A model generated the notes under the pieces. That model saw nothing but the letters and a program-made list of their open reading frames with translations. It was not told the origin of the DNA and made no database searches. A stretch of DNA of 46,535 nucleotides, filler included, from Streblomastix strix (Eukaryota): NCBI GenBank assembly GCA_008636045.1. It is 2 parts of 2 records of this genome, joined end to end, with 100 filler letters (N's around TTAATTAATTAA, not from the genome) between each part and the next. Parts side by side here need not be neighbours in the genome. Positions count along the whole stretch, not along the records: positions 23,325 to 46,535 come from SNRW01000296.1; 1 more part is not named here. One strand, 5' to 3'. The translations under genes were made by a program, and so were the position numbers. Positions 37,938 through 46,535 of this stretch are shown one piece after another (position 1 is the first letter of the stretch; the number at the start of each line of letters is the position of its first letter).

Positions 37938-39659
37938 ATGAATCGCTAGCATATGAAGATTCATATTCATAATTCACAGGAAAACTTGTAAATTATTGTG
38001 AACTTGTTAAAGACATTCGCAATTCAACCATTTTAGAACGATAGGGAGCACCATTTTTCAATCAAAAAGATCAAACCAGAATCATAAATGCCGTCATTAT
38101 TTGATAAGGAAATTATCATCAGTTTATCCGATTCGGATCATGATATAACGCAAATGTAAAATTCATTCTTTACATTTGAATTTTAAATATACCTGTTATT
38201 CGATAATTAATTTGATAAATTTGATGATGTTTATAAAGAAGATACTTTCATATTTGTTGGATCGAAGAATTCTGCTGAATTGATTAAATAATATGTTCTA
38301 TATCATAGAGGAAAGACCATTGATGGATCTCTCTAGAACGAAGCAACAACCGAGTCATTTATTTATAATACTATCAAACCAAAATCAGAGAAAAATAATA
38401 ATTGATTTGTCCATTCACTTTATGAAAGTGTACGTAAAGATGACATATCCTGCTGCGGTAGATATCTTAGCATTAAAGAAATTTCAGAAGTACTAGCTCC
38501 ATAAACTTCATCTCCATATGCTATGCCTGGTGGCTTCACAATATCAATTCCCCTGGATGATTTACTCATTTTCTTTGCTTTCTCCGAATATCCTAATAGT
38601 CTATTTGGTGATCTCAAAATTTAATTCAAGATTAATCCAAACGCATTCGTATTCTGCTAAGTAGATCCAGTACTTTCAATGGCCAAATATTATATAATTA
38701 ATAAAGATGAGTTATTGAGCTCAGGTCAAGATAAGCTTAAGGATATTGATCTATTCTTCCGCAACTGGAGTCTCACTTTCTAATATACTAATATGTACAC
38801 ACAAATTGGATGCACTGCTGATTTGATAACTGGAATACGTGCAGAAGAGCTAACTCTTTCAGGATTAAAGAATCTCGTATGTGATATTAAACCAGTTACA
38901 GTATCCGTAAGAAACTATATTATAGAAGCTGTAACAGCAAATATGTGTGGATATAAAGCATCAGAAACTTTTCTCAATCGTGTATGTTAAATTTATTAAA
39001 GTCGTCCATTTGTTGTTCCTGTATAACGTATTGAATCATGGGTATTTCCAAGTGCAACTTCATCTGCAGGAATAAAAACTATTTAAAATATATCTCTTTC
39101 TCATGTTACTGATATATGCTTATTATTCTCTAAAGATGCTAGACATGTTACTTGTTATGAAAATCCGTGCTATTTTGATATATAAATTAACTCAATGAAT
39201 AGAAATTTCTCAGATTTCCCAAAGAACACTCTTAATGAATAATTCTTCACAATGCAATTATAAGCTAATAATCTCGATAATATATTCGAAGCATGTGATG
39301 AATACGAAGATCCACTCGCAACTCCAAGGGCTAATAAAACACGAAGATACAATCCAGTTAGTGATTATACATCATTCTTCATCACAATATAATGTGAACG
39401 CAATAGCAACGGTGCATTAACATTTGATGGATTAGATTCTAAGAGCTAGAATACTACAATTGAACTTAAAGGACATCTAATATTCGCTGAAGAAGTAGAC
39501 AGTTATTATAATGTTGATACTAATGGAAAACATCCACCTCCTCCAATTCTGTGCACCGTACATGATACTTTCTGGCTAATCAGTATTAGAGATGGAATAT
39601 CTTGCTTATACGATACAACTCATTCATTTGATTAAATTATTCACTAGGTTACTGCTTGA
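37938..39659 (+). pseudogene. Major capsid protein, double jelly-roll PLV/Maverick type; 5' part frameshifted
   Basis: About 570 codons, beta-rich: FIFVGSKNSAELIKQY, ISIPLDDLLIF..YPN.LFGDLKI, RPFVVPVQ, C-terminal LTFDGLDS; flanked by penton-like and ATPase genes. Confidence 0.78.
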
Positions 39660-39688
39660 TATCAATAGAACATTATTTTTGTAATAAA

Positions 39689-40063
39689 ATGCCATTTGGT
39701 ATGACCTCAGCTCCTAATGCAAAACGTTTCGTAATATTGTAGGATAATTGTACGTATGTTGATGGAATGTTTAAAGTACAGTTGCCTTATGATTTTGTTA
39801 ACTCAAATAATCAGCTAAAAATAATATTCGTATAGTGTAAGATTCTTAATACTCCTGATATTGTTTCAATTCATTCAACATTAATATAAGAATAATAATA
39901 TTATGATAGTTTTGTAAGGTTTTGTAATGAAACAAGTACAATTATTGAATTTTAATAAATGAATCATTAGTCAATTATATTGATTTGGTTCAAAAATAAT
40001 ATGAATCAGAAGGTATCATAAACGGATATAAAATTTGTTCTTGAATTGATGTTACAATATTGA
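39689..40063 (+). CDS. Putative minor capsid (penton-like single jelly-roll) protein, 124 aa
   Basis: VQLPYDF, IVSIHSTL, ILIWFKNN...KFVLELML; directly after the MCP. Confidence 0.55.
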
Positions 40064-40065
40064 TT

Positions 40066-40229
40066 ATGAACGAGCCTCTTAAATTTGAAGGGACCTATTT
40101 GATATGGAGATTAGTGGTCAAATTATCGGTTCATTTTGACGGGTAAAATTTTACCCAACAACTTTTAATATGAAGATAAATGGTCAAATTATCGGTTTAA
40201 TTGATCAGCTAAATGTATCCTCTCGATTT
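40066..40229. repeat. Mini-array: two 30-bp direct repeats alternating with three palindromic spacers
   Basis: ATATGgAGATtAgTGGTCAAATTATCGGTT at 40102-40131 and 40168-40197 (27/30); spacer 40201-40229 is the reverse complement of 40509-40537 (28/29). Confidence 0.85.
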
Positions 40230-40296
40230 ATTTTTAAACATCAATTAATAATCATTCTTTTCAGTTTTCTAATTCAACTTTTTTACTAATCTGAAA

Positions 40297-41153
40297 ATGG
40301 AATCAAGAGTCGAAATAGATAATCACTAAACATTCACCAAAACAACATACAATGGAATTGATATTATTTCTCGTAAATCTGATAGTTACGATAATACATC
40401 AAAGTTAGTAATTACATTAAAGAAGCATTAATTTAGTAAATAAAATTAATTATTTAAGTCAAAGAATTGGATAGAATATTACGATCATTTCATTAAATTT
40501 CTTCAGGAAAATCGAGAGGATACATTTAGCTGGTCAACTTTTATAGAGCAAATAGAGACATATGCATATAAATATAGAGGTTATTGAGTTCATCCAAAAC
40601 TAATAAATTATATATCAATATGGGCTTCACCTAAATATGCTACAATTGTTGGCGAAATAATGGATAAAATTAACGAAACAACTATTGCAGAACATGAAGC
40701 TGATAAAACTTAAGCAATAACAGATTAATTCCATAGTGAAATAAATACAGTTACTGATACATTATCTGATAGAATGACTGAATTGAATTAAAAAGATAAT
40801 TAGCACCTAGAGCTGTTTCAAATGGTAAAGAAAGAACATATATATTGATAGTTGAAGAGGCTAATGAAGATGAATAGCTTGAAGAATAGCAGGAAGATCA
40901 TATTACAATACGAATCAGAAGAATTATTAGAAAAGGCTTACGTTCCGCAAAAATAGAACGATATCGTCGTGAATCATTACTTTTTGTTGACAATTTACCA
41001 ATAGCTATGACGATTAATGAGAAAATTAAAGAAACTCTATAATCAAGACAAGATGTAACAATATGGTCAACTCATTATACATTCCCAGAAGACTAATTAG
41101 ATTTCAAAATTGATATAATATAAGCTATAATTAATACAGAAAGAGTACATTGA
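40297..41153 (+). pseudogene. KilA-N (APSES-like) DNA-binding protein; in-frame TGA and a frameshift
   Basis: FTKTTYNGIDII, SKNWIEY, YRGY*VHPKLINYISIWASPKYATIVGEIMD. Confidence 0.88.
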
Positions 41154-41185
41154 TAGTTTGGTTAATTTATTTTTGTCTAATTGAA

Positions 41186-41590
41186 ATGTCTCGTATACTA
41201 TTCGATAGTAAGTTAGTTAAGAGTCATAAATCCTAAGACAAAATATAACCATTACCTGAACTAAAAATAATCAATAAAACTGATTTACAACCATTAACGT
41301 TTGATTTGACTGATGAATTCCATTAATATTATGCAGCTAATAAAGAATCTATTGATAAAATGCCATCTATAAAATTAAATAAGCGATGTAAAATAGATGG
41401 ATATATCTTCACAAAATAGAATGAATAAATAGCTTTGAAATAAGCATAACATAAGTAATCTGAACAAATTGAACTTGCTAGTCAATAAGAATAAATCAAA
41501 GAAATAAATGCAAAATTAACGTATTTAATTAGCTTCTTTGAATAAAAATAACAATCAATTTTTTATTAAGTTGATGAATACGTTCATTGA
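41186..41590 (+). CDS. Hypothetical viral protein
   Basis: MSRILFDSK...DEFHQYYAANKESIDKMPSIKLNKRCKIDGYIF, followed by a coiled coil. Confidence 0.55.
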
Positions 41591-41805
41591 GAATCAGATA
41601 ACTCGTACCATTGTTCCATCATTATTATACTGTACCAGTAATGCTTCTCGTTTGCCTAATTGCACATATTCCCTCCATAATGTTTCTTTATCTAATGGAA
41701 TGCTTGATTAATAGAAGAATAAATTGAATTTTTATCTGTTGAATGCACCAAAAAAGTATACTGTATTCACATTAGACTTAATGCTAGCATCCAAACCAAT
41801 TATAT

Positions 41806-43958
41806 GGAGTCGCAATATGAAATTTCCTAAAAATGGCTAAAAGTGATAATTCACAAATTTTTTATAAATAAACGATTATTATAATTATTAGTTAGTTACA
41901 ATTTTTATATTAAGAAAAATAAAACCATCAAAAACAGTATTTTTTTTGGCCCCATTGAGAAACTTTTCAAAAAATTATCTTCTTACTGAATCAATTATTT
42001 TTAAAATTATATAAATAATGTTAAATAATTTTATTTTTTAAGTAAAATTTTATGGATTGAATTTGAAATAACTAGTTAGATTTTCCAAAAATTTGAAAGT
42101 ATTATTTTCAATTTTTTTATATTTCAGGTTTTAAGATATAAAAAGTAAAATAATTTATATATTTTACAATGTTTGTATATTATTTATTTATTTATTTATA
42201 GTAATCGTTAAAAAATCATGCATATATACAGTAAAACTTAATTGATAATCGTATAATTTGTATTTCTTATTGTATTATAGTTTAATCAAGGGATATCTTA
42301 TAAATAGTGATAAAAAAAATAAAGTATCAAATGAAACATTATTAAGAATGATAGTTGCCATATTAAGGTTTGAAAGAATAGCAAAAATTAATAATATTTT
42401 ATTAAATTATAAACACTATATATATAACTTATTTTAAATATAATTAAATATTTATGAAAAAAAAATATTTCACATTAGTAAAGCATTTATTGATAGTCAT
42501 TCTGCGAACTTCACCACAAGCCGCTATTATTATTATAATGGTTATAGTGCAAGTTGCTCACATTTATAAATTTTTTATTATTTCCTGAAAATTCTCCATC
42601 TATAACTCCATCTTCTTCTCCTTATTTTATTTGTACTATAGTAACACTTGGAGATCGTAAATTTTACTTGTTTTTTAATAATTTAAATAAATAGAATAGA
42701 CAATATATATATATATAATAATATAAATTATTTAAATATTCATTTTTATTTTTATATTATTAATATCTTTATTCTTTAATGTACTATTATTTAATTAGGT
42801 TCCGAATTGATTGGTGACATAGAAGAGTAATAAAGAATTATTAATATAGAGGGAATTACTGCTTATTATTCTCAAACTTCTTGTATTGATAGCAACACAA
42901 TTAGATGTAATATCTCATTTGGAAATATATATGAAGAAGAAATATAATGAAGTTGTTCATGTCTACACTCTTGAACAAGATTTTGAAGCACTTGCAGCAG
43001 GTGATATGGCAGCTATTGGTGAGAATCGACAACATTTATAAATACTGCATCTATATCAGCATGTATAATAAATATTTGCAAAAGAAGTTTTAACATCTGT
43101 TAGGTATAAATAAGTTATTTATTAATAAATGTGAATATAATGTTGATTTATTATTAAATATAATTAATTAAATACACACATATATATTGTTAAAGTATAA
43201 AATAATAATTATAAAATAAATAAATCACATTTAAAATTATTATTAAAATTTTATTCATATATTTATTATTAATTCAATTAAGATTTAGAATCTCTCTTTG
43301 CATTTCTAAATTAAATAGCATTAGAAAAGTTCAAACGAATGTATGTAATTAATATTCAAATAAATTTAATAAACATATTAAATCCTAATTCGATATTTCA
43401 AAAGATTTGTTAATATAATTTGTAAAAATTATGAAATAAAAAATATATTTCCATATAATTATGCACTGAATGACATATTTTATACTCCTAAACTTTCCAA
43501 AACTTTTCCTCAATGGGAACCGTAATTCGATAAATCTTCTACAGATTTTCGAAATAATTTGAAATTGGTAGTCATTTCATGCATACAATAATAATCTCTT
43601 AACAAATTTAACCGCTATCTGGAGTTCCAACACAAAATTAAAAAAATATTTTTTTAAAAAAACAGGATTCTATATTTATTCGGAAAATAATTTACACAAA
43701 TTATAAATTTTTATTTAAAAAGTAATATTTATAATTAATACATTAAATAAACATGTTAATTGTAAAAACTATATCGCTGATCATTAAATACTAGCAATTT
43801 AATTTTTCGGAAAAATAGAATTAAAACGCATATTTCTCTTTAAAACTTCTTAGAATATTTTTTGTTACAGTTAAAATTTTTTATAATACATTAATGTATG
43901 TATTTATATGTATGAAATTAAAAATTATCAGGAGTAGGAATTTTCATATTCCAACTCC
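41806..43958. mobile_element. Non-autonomous TIR DNA transposon, 2.15 kb, 4-bp TSD
   Basis: 24-bp TIRs GGAGTCGCAATATGAAATTTCCTA / inverted GGAGTTGGAATATGAAAATTCCTA (21/24); TSD ATAT at 41802-41805 and 43959-43962. Confidence 0.88.
42799..43027 (+). pseudogene. Captured fragment of an ABCC/MRP transporter NBD1
   Basis: SELIGDIE...GITAYYSQTSCIDSNTIRCNISFG..YEEEIYNEVVHVYTLEQDFEALAAGDMAAIGE matches the G-AY-Q...NILFG...GD-TEIGE pattern. Confidence 0.8.
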
Positions 43959-44576
43959 ATATGTTATAAGCATAAGAAGTAAGTGATTCTCGGCTATTTA
44001 TTTTTGAATAGTTTCTTGTATAATGGATTATTCTTACTTTTGAATATACTCATAGCTTCATCGAACAGTACTATTATATATAGAAATTTGACAAAAAAAT
44101 ACTTTGCTTCTATATTTGATAATATATCCTATTTTGATTCATCATTCATTTATTTTTCTAATTTCTTTTCAATTACTTCATCATATGCTTATTTACATTC
44201 GATTAATTCTTCTAATTCCTCATTTGCTTCAGCGTATGGTACTATTTTTGTTGGAATAGTTATTAAATCTTTCATTTTCTTATAAGTTATATCATTATTG
44301 CTACCAGTAACATATATGAATAGTGTATAACATTTATTAGATAATTAGCTCAATTTGATTAACTCTTTGAATACATTATATGATTTACCGCTTCCACGTT
44401 ATCCTATGAGTAGATTGATAGAATTATATGAGAAATTTAGTTCTTTATGAATCATTGATTATATTTCATGTTAATTAGTTTTCTATTTACTAAGCAATTA
44501 CTCTACATATGCGTTAAGAGACATTTGTTTGTTATTAATTATTTCATTCGGTTAAGAACGTTTTCTTATTATCAAA

Positions 44577-46063
44577 ATGACTATATTATAGGAAATTAGA
44601 ATTTTACAAAAACAAATCAATAATATCAAAGAAGTTGCTAAAAAGAGCAAAAATAAATAATTTACTAACAATACTAAATAAACATTAGATGAAATAAAAT
44701 AATATCATATAGGGATACTCAATCCAAAAAAAGAAAATTATACTGCAATTATTGAAACTGCCAAAAGACTAAGAAATTTGAAGAATAAATATACGAATTA
44801 AGTAGAATTGCATAACATATCACATGAATAATAAAATGTTCCTAATCCTTTTTAAACTTATATTGCTAACTAACCTATGACTTTAACTTAGAATCCTCTA
44901 GCTGTTCGATAATAAAAATAATCATAACCTTAAATTTCTCAACCAATTTTAGTTACTCAATCTATTTAACCTATAGAATCTATAGAATAAACTTAATAAC
45001 AGATTTTTACTTAAAACCAAAACATGTCAGCTAACGATGAAAAAAATCAAATTCTAATGGGTTCAATAAATGAATAAAGTTAACCTATTCAATAATAGAT
45101 TTTTAACTGAAACCAAAACATGGAGATAGATGAATTAGATGACTTTGTGGCAGTACCAAGAAACCTGATTCGAGAATAACTACTTCAAGACTAACTACTT
45201 CGAGCAGCAGTAGAATCCGATGGTGATTATTCAGAGACTAAAGCAAAACGAAAAGCATTAGGAAACGCACTTGCTCAATTAATTGGATACTTTAATAGAG
45301 ATGTTAAAAAAAATCATGAACTTGCTTCGTTTGCTTCGGCACGAGAACATGCAACTCGTTATCCCAAATACGGCTTACGTGTAGAAGCAGAAGATCTAGA
45401 TATAGATAAAAATACTCCTGATAACACAGTTGTTTATAGGAAAAATGGAAATATTTATGCAATTGATGGATTCTATATCGCATCGGGTTTTGGCGGAATG
45501 AATAAAAAGACTGCATAAAGAATATTAAAGAGCAGAGATACCATGTAAGGTTACTTTGGAACTGGAGATTATGCAACTAGACATACAAAAAAAGGCAGAA
45601 ATAAAAAAATTGCAGTTGAGAACAGTTTACTGACACCATACTAGAGATATTAAGGATTAGTCAAAGGAAAAATCACTAATGATAATCATTGGATAGTTAG
45701 TGACGAATAACCATCAGTATATAACGCATTCAAGAAATTGGTATCATAAAATATGGAAAATATCAGAGCTCGATCAAGTAAAAGTATTGGACCAACTTTA
45801 GAAATGGTTTCAAGATTTTGGAATGGAATATTGGCATAAGCAACTTGTTAACTTGATCCATAAGGAAGTTGTATTCAAGAATATAGAACTGAAAATCCTA
45901 ATTCATAGACATAATTAACAGATGTAGATATCGCAAAACTTATATTCAATACAAAGAACAAAGAAAAGAAATTGGATGTTGTAGCATATCAGATTATTCA
46001 GTCACAAGTAGGTAATATAAGATTATACTAATTGATAATGGTTTCCAATGAATAGACCGATGA
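44577..46063 (+). pseudogene. Hypothetical viral protein, Q-rich, frameshifted; 3' end approximate
   Basis: Long code-6 open segments from MTILQEIRILQKQ. Confidence 0.45.
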
Positions 46064-46084
46064 TATTATTTTTGTTAAAATCAA

Positions 46085-46535
46085 ATGGCTAATAAAATTA
46101 GAATCATTAAAGTGCAAGAATTAATGCGATTGTTTGATCCAAACACTGTTATACCTATAAATGAAAAGGAATAACGTACAAAATTATCTTAAAAATTTAT
46201 GTAAATTAATTACTTTGGAAAAAGAAATGATGAATAAAATGTTCAATTAGCAATAATTGAACATGTTGAAAAATGTTTAGCTTAAGAGGAATAACGAATA
46301 AAATAATAAAGATAATAGATGAAAGATATAATGACATAGCTAATTAAGAAAGAATTTCCATAGCAAGAATAACGTCATGAACACTAGCTTGAGCACTTTA
46401 ATGAGATACATAATCGTAAAGCATTAGAAAATTTTCTTAATACTCCCGAACTAAATTTAGACTAAATGTTTAAAATAAATGAAGAAGAAATTGATGAGAT
46501 ACATTAAAAATATATAATTAAACCATTCCATTAAA
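46085..46535 (+). CDS. Hypothetical viral protein, runs off the right edge
   Basis: MANKIRIIKVQELMRLFDPNTVIP... open to the end of the window. Confidence 0.55.

Larger units (their letters stand above)
41594..44524 (-). pseudogene. A32/FtsK-like DNA packaging ATPase, split by the 41806-43958 insertion
   Basis: Walker A IGQRGSGKS (44381-44404), Walker B IVLFDEAM, KNKQPRITYFLCLQH. Removing the insert and one TSD copy restores LQHIIGLDASIKSNV in frame. Confidence 0.9.
23325..46535. mobile_element. Endogenous Polinton-like virus / Maverick-type element, decaying; both ends unresolved
   Basis: Intronless, densely packed genes: integrase, primase-helicase, MCP, penton-like protein, A32 ATPase, KilA-N, fibre proteins. 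Confidence 0.88.

Noticed and set aside
40066..40229. True CRISPR array
   Set aside because: Only two repeats, eukaryotic viral context and no cas genes; reported as an unclassified mini-array instead

Overview
AT-rich eukaryotic DNA in which TAA/TAG encode Gln and TGA is the only stop (code 6; the intron style fits an oxymonad such as Streblomastix, which is an inference). The supplied standard-code ORF track therefore misses almost every real gene. An artificial 100-bp linker (N44-TTAATTAATTAA-N44, 23225-23324) joins two contigs that need not be adjacent. Left half: host genes (CK1/TTBK-like pseudokinase, ERD2, a Pkr1-like protein, hypotheticals) and a three-level nest. A hAT-like shell contains a pogo-type transposon, which contains a 7.9-kb capsid-less TIR element encoding a protein-primed PolB and a retroviral-type integrase. 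Right half: a decaying endogenous Polinton-like virus/Maverick. It encodes an integrase, a Prim-Pol/SF3 helicase, a Fic protein, phage-tail-fibre-like proteins, a protein VI-like amphipathic protein, major and minor capsid proteins, KilA-N, and an A32 ATPase split by a TIR element carrying an ABCC fragment. The most unusual signal is a repeat/palindromic-spacer mini-array upstream of the KilA-N gene, whose last spacer is a 28/29-nt inverted copy of an internal segment of that gene. Both integrases show a D-D(35)-D triad. All protein calls come from manual translation and motif recognition, not database searches.
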